A stretch of DNA of 64,000 bases from Limisphaerales bacterium (GTDB taxonomy: Bacteria > Verrucomicrobiota > Verrucomicrobiia > Limisphaerales > JADJPG01), in NCBI GenBank assembly GCA_044230345.1, contig JBGARF010000035.1, positions 60,403-124,402 on the forward strand. Reading direction: 5' to 3'. Below, in pieces: positions 10,588-18,657 of the stretch (positions within the stretch are counted from its first letter, which is position 1; the number at the start of each line of letters is the position of its first letter). The position numbers and the translations under genes are program-made. A model generated the notes under the pieces. The model was not told the DNA's origin. It did not search any database and was given only the letters and a program-made list of their open reading frames with translations.

Positions 10588-13500
10588 GGGATGAGGGTGG
10601 GGTTGAATTGAGGGTTGGTGGCGGTTCCGCGAACACGGGAAGCGTCACGGTAAAGGTCGTACCGCGACCCTCGGTGCTGTCGAATCGCACGTCGCCGCCA
10701 TGCAAATCCACGCACCGTTTCACGATGGTGAGGCCCAATCCAGTGCCGGACACCGTCCCAACGTTGGCGCCGCGATGAAAGGCGGTGAAAAGCTTCGCGC
10801 GATCGGCCACAGGAATACCCAGGCCTTCGTCGCGAATCGTAAAGACGGCGTGATCGCCTTGTCGCGTGACGCTGAACCAGACCGGCCGGCCCGCGGGCGA
10901 ATATTTAACGCCGTTCGAGAGCAAATTGGTCAGCATGTGCCGAAGCAACGCCTCGTCCACGCGCGCCAAAGGAAGCGGCAGCAGGGCAAGTTCCAGACGG
11001 ATGGGACAGCGGCCGCTCGTGGCGGAATGCATTTCGTCCGCCAGCTTCCGGCAGAAGACGGCGAGATCCAACGGTGCTGGCGTGCAGCGGAGTTGCCCGC
11101 CTTCGACCTTGCCGAGCAACAGCACTTCATCGATCAACCCGGCCATTCGCCGGACATTCTTGGTGATCGAGGCAAGCTGTTCGCGGCGCTGCTCGGGCGG
11201 CAGGCGCTCAAGGTATCGATCGAGAATTTGAGCCGACGATTGGATGATCCCCAGCGGGGTGCGGAATTCGTGGCTAACCATCGAGACGAACGTGTCCTTG
11301 ATCTGACGTATCTCCCGTTCACCGGCCAGTTCCTGCTCCCGCTGCGCGGCCAACGCCTCCGTCTTGGCGAACCGCTCCAGGAGCCAATGGTGCCGCCTCA
11401 AGGCCAGCAGCGCGATGATCGCCACCAAACCGGCCACCGCGAAAATACCGAGTGCCACCGCGACGGCCCGCCCCTGGTCGAGGACGGGCACGCTTCGGAC
11501 CGGGTCCGGCGAAGGCGCAGCCCAATCCAGGCCGAGCGCGGCAAGTTCGCGGCGCAGCACCGCGGGCTCCCAAATTTCAACGTGATTCTCGCGCGTGGCA
11601 CAGACCAGGCGTCGTCCGTCGTCCGACCAGCGCATCGTCATCACCGGCGCGGGATCGGGCGATTGCAATTCCACGAGTTCCCGTCCCGTGGCGGCGTCCA
11701 TCAACGCGGTGGAATGAGGTGTCTTCGTCACCGCCAGCCAAACGCCGTCCGGAGAAAATGCTCCGGCGGGCTGCTGCACGCGGGGTTGGGCACGCGCCCA
11801 AACCTGACTCCAGTCGGAGACGCGAAACAGGTGGTGCTGGGATTTTCCGATGGCAGCCAGCCAGCGTCCGTCGCGGCTGAACTGAACGCTCGCTTCGCCC
11901 TCCACCAACCGCCGGACCAACGCGCCACTGCGCGCGTCGAAGACAACCACGCCGTTCTCGCTCACCCCGCAAGCCAGCCAGCGTCCGTCCCGACTCAGGC
12001 TGATGGTGCCGCCGCCGCGCACGCTGCTCGAATGGCTGGCCGTGGTGTTGTGACGAAGTCCCGACAGCGCCACCACCGGCGCGTTGGAATCCAGGCTCTG
12101 AACCCAGGCGCGGCCCACCGCCAAATCCACCCACGCCAGCGACCGGCCATCCGCGGACGAGGTGACCAGGTCGACGCGCCGATCGCCGATCGCAGACAGC
12201 GGGCTCGGGGCACCCAGGCGAACGGTCGCCCGCGCCTGGTTCGTCACGACCACGCACGGGAAGGCGTTCGGTCCACCGCTGCGGGTGAGGATCAACGCCG
12301 GTTCAGTCGGGCGGAAGGTCAGCGAGCGCAGACGTTCCACCGGCAAGGTCGACGGCCCCGCATCGCTCTCCAGATCCCAAATTTGCAGGTGCTGCCGGCC
12401 CGCCGCGGAAACCACCCAGCGACCGTCCGGGCTGAGATCCATCGTCCGGCCGTTCGAAACATTCTCGGGACCGGAAAGCTCGCGATGAACCGGGCTGGGA
12501 ATGAGCCGGCGCAATTCGAGGCCGCCGCCGGGTTTCTCCAGCACCAAACGATCCTCGGGGCCCCATTGCGTAATCCACGCATCACTCACCACCCCGATAA
12601 GCCGCCCGTCGCGCAAATCCCAGAGCCTGGATGTGCCGTCGAAGGACGCCGTGACCAGCCGGTCACCGCTCGGATCAAAGGCCACGTTGAAAATATCGTT
12701 TTTGTGTCCGATCAACGCGCGTCGCTGCCGCCGCTCGAAGTCCCAAACGTGCGTTTCCAGAAGGTTGCCCACAAGGGCGAGCTGGCGACCGTCCTCACTC
12801 CACGCCAGCAACCGGACTCCCGCGCCGAACTCGAACGACGCGACCCGCTGTTTGGTCACCCAATCCATGACGACGACGTTCGAGCCGGTGTGCGCTGCGA
12901 AGAGCGTGCCGCCCGGCCGCACAGCGACGTGATGGTACGAACCGATTTCCGGGAAGTGCGCCAGCATCCGGCCGGACTCCAGATCGAACGCGGCCATTCC
13001 ATCCTTGGGCCCAAAGACCGGGCCGACCAGAACGCGTCCATCCCCACTGAATCGTCCACGAGCCGCGATGTGGCCGGAGGCCTCCATGTCATGACGAAAA
13101 ACGGTCCGCCCCTTTTGCCAATCCCAAACCGCGAGCCCCCCGCGCCCATAGCGCACGGACAGGCGGGTCCCGTCCGGACTAAACTCCATCAAGTCCGGGC
13201 CAATCTGGCGGGCGGGAATCCCGCCCTCGGCCATGCGCAGCCGCGCGATCTCGCGCTGCTCCCGCGTCTCGCGCACGACGACATCGCCGTTGGTGAGCCC
13301 CCAGGCGACCCAACGCAACCCGCGGTCGAAGGCATAGCGAACCGCCGCCGGCTCCGCCGGCATTTTGTCGTGCTCAGAATCAGGCTGGAAATCGGGTAGC
13401 GCCAGGGAGGCCGCCGCCTCATCGCGCAACTCCGGCGACGGTGCGATGGCCGCCGCCCGGCGAATCGAGGCCATCGCTGCGGGCCGACGACCCAGCGTTT

Positions 13501-13756
13501 TGTCCTGGCGCAGGGCGCGGATGTCGGCCAAGAGCGCCCGCCCCAGTTCCACGCGGGCTGCCTCCTGCGCCTCTTCCGCCCGCTGTTGGCTCTGGCGAGC
13601 CCGAAGGCTGCCAACGGTCGCGAGCGTCGCCAGCGTCATGACGGCAAGCAGCGCGCACGCGACCGCGAGATTCGCCCGGCGCAATCCACGACGCACCGCG
13701 GCACGTTCGCGCTGCAGCGGAGGAGACTGGTCGGGCTGAGGTTGCTGGTCAGGCAC
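10565..13756 (-). CDS. sensor histidine kinase with ~700-aa extracytoplasmic WD40 beta-propeller sensor between two TM helices
   Basis: 1063 aa. TM1 LAVACALLAVMTLATLATVG. About a dozen WD40-like blades (FSPDGTRLSV, WSEDGRQLAL, FDPSGDRLVT...SRLWDL, LSPDGRWVVS, LSRDGRWLAC, FSRDGRWLAA, FSPDGVWLAV, WSDDGRRLVC). TM2 AVALGIFAVAGLVAIIALLAL. HisKA FVSMVSHEFRTPL and HATPase NLLSNGVKYS...DEGLGIP...GTGLGLTIV. GTG start. Confidence 0.85.
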   Translation of the reverse strand: MPDQQPQPDQSPPLQRERAAVRRGLRRANLAVACALLAVMTLATLATVGSLRARQSQQRAEEAQEAARVELGRALLADIRALRQDKTLGRRPAAMASIRRAAAIAPSPELRDEAAASLALPDFQPDSEHDKMPAEPAAVRYAFDRGLRWVAWGLTNGDVVVRETREQREIARLRMAEGGIPARQIGPDLMEFSPDGTRLSVRYGRGGLAVWDWQKGRTVFRHDMEASGHIAARGRFSGDGRVLVGPVFGPKDGMAAFDLESGRMLAHFPEIGSYHHVAVRPGGTLFAAHTGSNVVVMDWVTKQRVASFEFGAGVRLLAWSEDGRQLALVGNLLETHVWDFERRQRRALIGHKNDIFNVAFDPSGDRLVTASFDGTSRLWDLRDGRLIGVVSDAWITQWGPEDRLVLEKPGGGLELRRLIPSPVHRELSGPENVSNGRTMDLSPDGRWVVSAAGRQHLQIWDLESDAGPSTLPVERLRSLTFRPTEPALILTRSGGPNAFPCVVVTNQARATVRLGAPSPLSAIGDRRVDLVTSSADGRSLAWVDLAVGRAWVQSLDSNAPVVALSGLRHNTTASHSSSVRGGGTISLSRDGRWLACGVSENGVVVFDARSGALVRRLVEGEASVQFSRDGRWLAAIGKSQHHLFRVSDWSQVWARAQPRVQQPAGAFSPDGVWLAVTKTPHSTALMDAATGRELVELQSPDPAPVMTMRWSDDGRRLVCATRENHVEIWEPAVLRRELAALGLDWAAPSPDPVRSVPVLDQGRAVAVALGIFAVAGLVAIIALLALRRHHWLLERFAKTEALAAQREQELAGEREIRQIKDTFVSMVSHEFRTPLGIIQSSAQILDRYLERLPPEQRREQLASITKNVRRMAGLIDEVLLLGKVEGGQLRCTPAPLDLAVFCRKLADEMHSATSGRCPIRLELALLPLPLARVDEALLRHMLTNLLSNGVKYSPAGRPVWFSVTRQGDHAVFTIRDEGLGIPVADRAKLFTAFHRGANVGTVSGTGLGLTIVKRCVDLHGGDVRFDSTEGRGTTFTVTLPVFAEPPPTLNSTPPSSHESNSRD

Positions 13757-13856
13757 GGGAAAATCCTAGATCAAGACCGACGCGGCGGGCACGGGAAACT
13801 TCGTCCGGCCACGCCGGCCGCTCCGGGGGTATCGACCACAGTTCATCTGCCCGAAA

Positions 13857-14219
13857 GTGTCCCCCCGATCGCGCTCGGCAGCCATACGTCAACCGGCGTA
13901 TGCGCCCGTCGCCACATTTCCAACCAACGGCCTTTACACCGTCACGGTGAACGTGAGCGACGACGACAACGGCCCCGCATCGACGACACTCGATGTGTTG
14001 GTCGGCCTCGAACTCACCATCACGAAGCGCAACCTGACTCACAGCCTTGTGCGGTGGCCGGGCGCATTCACCGGCTTTGCGCCGCAGCGCGCGAGCGCGC
14101 TTCCCGGCGGCCCAAACTGGGCCACCATCGCGGAGCCCCCGGAGCTGGTGGGCGGCCAATGGCAGGTACTGGTGCCCCACCCGAACGGCCATGCCTTCTT
14201 CCGGTTGGTCAAGCCGTGA
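13857..14219 (+). pseudogene. gene fragment: second half of a PKD-like domain plus a C-terminal ...FFRLVKP module; no signal peptide or N-terminal part
   Basis: YAPVATFPTNGLYTVTVNVSDDDNGPASTTLDVLV resembles the distal half of a PKD domain. The last ~70 aa align with the C-terminal module of the large secreted proteins in this window. The upstream in-frame sequence back to the stop at 13767-13769 is not protein-like. Confidence 0.3.
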
Positions 14220-14243
14220 GCGGCCGCCAAAATTGACGACGGC

Positions 14244-16574
14244 TCAATCCGAAGAAGGCAACGCGGCCGGAGCAGAGTGGGCGAAAAGTGGCAGCTCGAC
14301 GGTGAAGGTCGTTCCCTTCCCTTCGCAGCTCTCGAAAGAGATCCGGCCTCCGTGCAGGCGCACGCAATGATTCACGATGACCAGGCCCAGGCCAGTCCCG
14401 GGCGTGGCGCCCACATTGCGCCCGCGATGAAAGGCTTGAAACAGCTCGCGCTGGTCCGCTTCGGGTATGCCGATGCCGCGGTCCTTCACGGCGAGAAGGG
14501 CGAGATGACCCCGGGCTTCAACGACGAGTTCAACGGTCGCGCCGAGCGGTGAGTACTTCACCGCGTTGCCGAGGAGATTGGTGAGGATGTGACGAAGCAG
14601 ATTTTCATCCGCCTGAGCGTCGCCAGGAAGCGGGGACAACTTGAGCTCGAGGCGACAGCGCGCCGACGTGGCCGAAGTGACTTCATCCACCAGCTTGGCG
14701 CAGAGCACGCCGAGATCGAGGGGCGCGGTTTGACAGGTCAGCTTGCCCGCCTCCACCCGTCCGAGCAGCAGCACTTCCTCCATCAGGCCGGCCATGTGAC
14801 GGCTGGATCGGGTGATGTCACGCAGGTTCGCCCGGCGTTCTTCGGGAGGAAGGCGATCGAGGTAGGCGTCGAGTATTTCCGCCGAGCTCATGATGATGCC
14901 CAGCGGCGTCCGAAATTCGTGCGACACCATGGCGACGAATCGGCTCCGCAGTTCGCCCAGCTCCCGTTCCTGGGCGAGGGCGCGCTGGACCTCGGCTTCA
15001 GCCCGCTGCCGCGCGGCGACTTCCTCGTGCAAGTGGGCGTTGGCTCCGCTGAGGTCGGCGGTCCGCTCCGCCACCCTCTGCTCCAGCCGGCGCACCTGCC
15101 GACGCTGGTACAGAATCCACACCGCAGCCAGCAGGCCGACTCCACCCGCAGCTCCGCTGATGCGCCGGGCCTCGCGGCGGGTCCAAAAGCGGGGGGCAGG
15201 AACGGGCACGACATCAGCCGGTGAGCGGAGGAGAAGTTTAAAGGTGCTGCGCTTCCGTTTCGGGCTGCCTTCGGCGTCGTTTACGCCCGTAATCCGCACA
15301 TAGCCGTCGGCCGGCAAATTCCATTTGACCGGCGTCTCGCCCTCCCATTGCGCCTGAAAGATGTCATCCTCCTCACGCAACACGAGCTCCAGGTGTTGCC
15401 GCAAATTGGCGCTGCCCCACTGTCGCTCGTCGATCAGCCGGGCGGTGAGCGTCACGAGTTTGCCTGGGTGCCGCCCTTCCATCAGCTCCGGCAGCGTCAC
15501 CTTGATGGGCGGGGGCACCTCGGCGCGGCCCACCCGACGAAACTCGGTGGCCATGAGCGAGGGCGCAATCGTGAACCAATTGTGGCGCGCGCCGATGACT
15601 TCGACCCTCTCGCCGGGCTGCAGCCAGGTCTGTGGCTCACGTTCCAAGCGCTCGGCCTCCTTCGGTGGGTTCAAATGGCGAAAGGTATTGTCCACAAGCA
15701 TCACGCCGGTACCGTCATCGATGTAAAAGGCGATGCCCGGGCGGTGAACCGTGACGGTGCCCGCCACCCGATAGCGCGCCTTGAGGCTGTTGGTCAGCTG
15801 AGCCGCCTCCGCAATGGTCATCAGTGGACGCCCGTCGAAGCGGTCCGCGATGCCGGGCCTCAGCACACGAAACTCGTTGGTGCTTCCAACCCAGAATCGA
15901 AAACCCGTCGGGGGGCGAGCCGGATTGTTGTAGTTGGGAAAAGCAAAACCCGAGACCTCCATCTCGGCATCCGTCCAGTCGCGCGGCAGCGGATTGACCG
16001 GCGCCTGCATCGCCACCTCAAACGGGTAGCCGTCGTGGGTCGCCAGCAGCACCAGCCCGTTGCGCGTGGAATACATGTCCCGCACCATGCAGCGCAAACG
16101 GACATACCGAAACGCCTCCTCGCCGCGCACCAGCCGGTGGGGCGAGACCAGCGGCGCCGCGGGCAGCGAGCCTTCGCCGACAATCCGCGCCGTGGCCTCG
16201 ACCACGCGCAGGCAGGGATCGACGCCCCGGACTTGCCCGCGCACCGCGACCAGACTGCCCGGACGGAAGCCGGTGGTTTCCACCGCGAGATTCACCTGCA
16301 CCCCCAGATCGCCATTCTGGACATAGAGCCTGCGTCCGCCGACGGACACAAAGATTACGGTGGCCTGAAACCTTGCCTCGTAACGGCCTTCGGGAATGTT
16401 GTTGCTCAATGCCACCATCTGCACGGCGTTGGTCAACACGACCGGCGGATCACTTATCGCCGCCGGTTGCGCACCGGCTCCCCCGATCAGGAGCAACTCC
16501 GCACCGACAACCACGCTGGCGCGTCGCCAGGTCATGACCGCAACGCGAAGTGCGCGGACAATTCGGTGGTTCAT
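14244..16574 (-). CDS. sensor histidine kinase with ~430-aa periplasmic domain of unknown type
   Basis: 776 aa. N-terminal signal/TM, long beta-rich periplasmic part, TM ISGAAGGVGLLAAVWILY, coiled coil, HisKA FVAMVSHEFRTPLGII, HATPase NLLGNAVKYS...DRGIGIP...GTGLGLVIV. The kinase core is a close paralog of the 10565..13756 kinase. Confidence 0.85.
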   Translation of the reverse strand: MNHRIVRALRVAVMTWRRASVVVGAELLLIGGAGAQPAAISDPPVVLTNAVQMVALSNNIPEGRYEARFQATVIFVSVGGRRLYVQNGDLGVQVNLAVETTGFRPGSLVAVRGQVRGVDPCLRVVEATARIVGEGSLPAAPLVSPHRLVRGEEAFRYVRLRCMVRDMYSTRNGLVLLATHDGYPFEVAMQAPVNPLPRDWTDAEMEVSGFAFPNYNNPARPPTGFRFWVGSTNEFRVLRPGIADRFDGRPLMTIAEAAQLTNSLKARYRVAGTVTVHRPGIAFYIDDGTGVMLVDNTFRHLNPPKEAERLEREPQTWLQPGERVEVIGARHNWFTIAPSLMATEFRRVGRAEVPPPIKVTLPELMEGRHPGKLVTLTARLIDERQWGSANLRQHLELVLREEDDIFQAQWEGETPVKWNLPADGYVRITGVNDAEGSPKRKRSTFKLLLRSPADVVPVPAPRFWTRREARRISGAAGGVGLLAAVWILYQRRQVRRLEQRVAERTADLSGANAHLHEEVAARQRAEAEVQRALAQERELGELRSRFVAMVSHEFRTPLGIIMSSAEILDAYLDRLPPEERRANLRDITRSSRHMAGLMEEVLLLGRVEAGKLTCQTAPLDLGVLCAKLVDEVTSATSARCRLELKLSPLPGDAQADENLLRHILTNLLGNAVKYSPLGATVELVVEARGHLALLAVKDRGIGIPEADQRELFQAFHRGRNVGATPGTGLGLVIVNHCVRLHGGRISFESCEGKGTTFTVELPLFAHSAPAALPSSD

Positions 16575-16578
16575 CGCA

Positions 16579-17238
16579 TCATTTCTGGAAAGTCGGAGCG
16601 CTCAGGATTTCGATGGCCCGCAGCGCCGCGGCGGTCCGGCTTTCCAAGCCGAGCTTCTCGAAAATGTTGCCCATGATCTTTTTCACGGTCTTCTCGCTGT
16701 TGCCCAGGATGGTGGCGATGTCGGCGTTGGATTTACCCTGGGCAACCCACAACAATGTCTCGGCTTCGCGGTCGGTCAGTCCCAGCTTGTCCACCAGCGG
16801 CAAGGGGGAGGTGAAGTCCGGCTGAAAGCTGACCTTGGCCAGTTCCTGCTTGAGTTTCTCCTCGTTCAGCCGCTGGCGATCGAAACGCGCATGGATGGCC
16901 TCAAGCAGTTCCACGCGCGGGGTGGGCTTCACCAGATAATCGTCCGCCCCCAGGTTCATCCCGGCGCGCACATCGAATTTTTCGCCTTTGGCCGTAAGGA
17001 AGATGAACGGGGTGGTCGCGGTGGCTCGATGGGCGCGGACAGCCTGCAATACGCCGTAGCCATCACACTCAGGCATCATGATGTCGCACAGGATGAGGTC
17101 GGGCAGTTCCTCGTGGGCCAGACCGATCCCCGTGCGGCCGTCAGGCGCCTCCAGGACTTCATAGCCTTCCATCTTCAAAATGGTGGCGGTTTTGTGCCGC
17201 ATCACAGGCTGGTCTTCGATCACGAGAATGGTGTTCAT
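16579..17238 (-). CDS. response regulator, REC + LuxR/NarL-type HTH (paralog of 9940..10587)
   Basis: MNTILVIEDQP...DLILCDIMMPECDG...FIFLTA...GADDYLVKP and LTDREAETLLWVAQGKSNADIATILGNSEKTVKKIMGNIFEKLGL. Stops 4 nt before the kinase start. Confidence 0.9.
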   Translation of the reverse strand: MNTILVIEDQPVMRHKTATILKMEGYEVLEAPDGRTGIGLAHEELPDLILCDIMMPECDGYGVLQAVRAHRATATTPFIFLTAKGEKFDVRAGMNLGADDYLVKPTPRVELLEAIHARFDRQRLNEEKLKQELAKVSFQPDFTSPLPLVDKLGLTDREAETLLWVAQGKSNADIATILGNSEKTVKKIMGNIFEKLGLESRTAAALRAIEILSAPTFQK

Positions 17239-17719
17239 GAAATCTCAATTTTTCAGGCTGCTGACCCGGTCACGCGATCGACGGTTTGCTCAACAGCTGG
17301 CCCCATCGCCGCGTCGCGCGCCTCGTCATCGCTCCTCCGGCCCAAAGGGGGAACTCCGCGCAAATCGAAATTGGGCCGGTTCACGGGAAGGCCTCGCCGC
17401 GGACCCTGTCCCTCGCCTCGACGACATCCGGTGCTGCCAGGAAAGCCGCGGCTGGATTCGTCGATTCATCGCATTAGCGTATCGGGAATGGTCACCCTGA
17501 CAATACTACTATAGTCCCCCACCTCCGCCCGTCCGAGGGCGACTAAAGTTCCCTTCACGGAGACCATGGTCCCATGGCGGATGAGTTGGGTCCGCGCCTA
17601 GGCTGCATCCATGAAGAACCATTCCGATGAATCGCGACAGGCACCGGCGAGACCTGAAGCGACCGTCCGGATCGATTCGGTCGCGGCCGCCCGCTAAAGA
17701 CTCTTCATTCCGTGTGTTT

Positions 17720-17977
17720 ATGAAATGGTCGCTTACCGCCGCCTGGGCGCTCTTCGCGCTGGAGGCCACGATCGTCTTTGCCTGGGTAACCTCCGCCTGG
17801 CGAGAGGTGGGGCGAGATCCGGGCGAGCGTGTTTGGACCACTGTGTTCACCACGGTTCCGACCTTGGTCCTGTCGATCAGATCGAGACGACGGCTCGCGC
17901 CAGGGGCAGCAAGCCTGACTCCGGATACGACCAGCTCCGCCAGCGCATCGGCTGAACCTTTGCATTTCGGTTTTTGA
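17720..17977 (+). CDS. possible small two-TM membrane protein (85 aa)
   Basis: MKWSLTAAWALFALEATIVFAWVTSAW...VWTTVFTTVPTLVLSI has two hydrophobic helices, and third-codon positions are mostly G/C in the first ~55 codons. No clear RBS and no recognisable family. Confidence 0.25.
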   Translation: MKWSLTAAWALFALEATIVFAWVTSAWREVGRDPGERVWTTVFTTVPTLVLSIRSRRRLAPGAASLTPDTTSSASASAEPLHFGF

Positions 17978-18019
17978 TTTTCGATTTGCGATTTGGGAGC
18001 TATCCGATGAACTCAACGA

Positions 18020-18640
18020 CGACCCGCAGCCCGCGACGCGGAGATCCGAAAACCTATTAATCGAACCGGGCCGGCGCGTAACCCTCTCCGCCGCGCCGCG
18101 GGGGAGAGGGCAGGTTCCGAACTCGCCCGCGCGAGATCGGAACCGGGTGAGGTGGAGCAGTCCGCTGGTTCATGTCTGGTGAGCAGGTCCGCAAGGAACG
18201 GGCGCCTTCCCATGAATCTCAAACATGTCGCAGCAACGGACGAACGCGAACCGCCGTCGCGGTCCTCCCTCACCCCAACCCTCTCCCCAAGGAGAGGGGA
18301 AACTTCAGCGGTCGCGCGGTGATAGGATCGGCCGTCGGCAACGTCGTGTGAGCAGGTCCAAAAGGAACGGGCGCCTTCCCATGAACCGCGAGGTAGGGCG
18401 CGCGCTCCGCAGCGCGCCGGCCATGCGGTCAACTGCACCGCTCTCCGAGCACGACCGCGTGAACAGTTCGCAACCCGTGTGTCGGCGGGCGGCGGAGCGC
18501 CCGCCCTACCTGACGTGCCTGGTTCAAGACCAGAGTTGCCATACGCCCAAAGTCCCTCCGGCGGAGACCTTGGTCTCATTGTGAGCGAAACCAACCAGGA
18601 GGTATGAGCATCGCCTGCAGCGCACACACTGCACGCAAGA
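18020..18640. repeat. mosaic of REP-like intergenic repeats
   Basis: 38-nt direct repeat gtgagcaggtcc(gc/aa)aaggaacgggcgccttcccatgaa at 18179-18216 and 18348-18385. Palindromes ccctctcc...ggagaggg at 18082-18110 and 18279-18298. GC hairpin gggcgg...ccgccc near 18487-18506. The ORFs called across it (18013..18663 minus, 18225..18584 plus) are low-complexity. Confidence 0.6.
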
Positions 18641-18657
18641 ACCAAACACCATGAAAA
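18542..18657 (+). promoter_or_regulatory. conserved 5' leader of PATR gene 1, with 14-bp palindrome GAGACCTTGGTCTC
   Basis: Block tacgcccaaagtccctccggcggagaccttggtctcattgt (18542-18582) and block gcagcgcacacactgcacgcaagaaccaaacaccatgaaaa (18617-18657) recur upstream of the paralog at 22076-22116 and 22151-22191. Perfect palindrome at 18564-18577. Confidence 0.4.

Noticed and set aside
10700-13399. Very long antisense ORFs. Examples: 10700..13399 plus, 6248..7492 minus, 7598..9232 minus, 19326..21413 minus, 27926..30280 plus, 34443..38330 plus, 38718..40961 plus, 49225..50772 minus, 55971..56969 minus, 60574..62364 plus.
   Set aside because: Each lies opposite an ORF with clear domain signatures or coding character. 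Their translations are Arg/Gly/Ala/Pro-rich low complexity with no motifs. Such shadow ORFs are expected in high-GC DNA.
17509-17853. 114-aa minus-strand ORF upstream of the response regulator.
   Set aside because: No motifs and poor coding character. It overlaps the slightly more plausible small membrane ORF on the plus strand, and neither can be supported strongly.
18179-18385. Two 38-nt direct repeats 170 nt apart, considered as a possible CRISPR remnant.
   Set aside because: There are only two copies, the spacing is far longer than a spacer, and there are no cas genes. The repeat ends in a motif (cttcccatgaa) that recurs singly elsewhere, so it is a dispersed REP-like unit.
18468-18545. 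tRNA-like T-arm (ctgg-ttcaaga-ccag) with a partial acceptor pairing (tcgcaac / gttgcca).
   Set aside because: No D-arm or anticodon arm can be drawn. The acceptor has mismatches. The interior is a GC hairpin typical of the local REP-like repeats.
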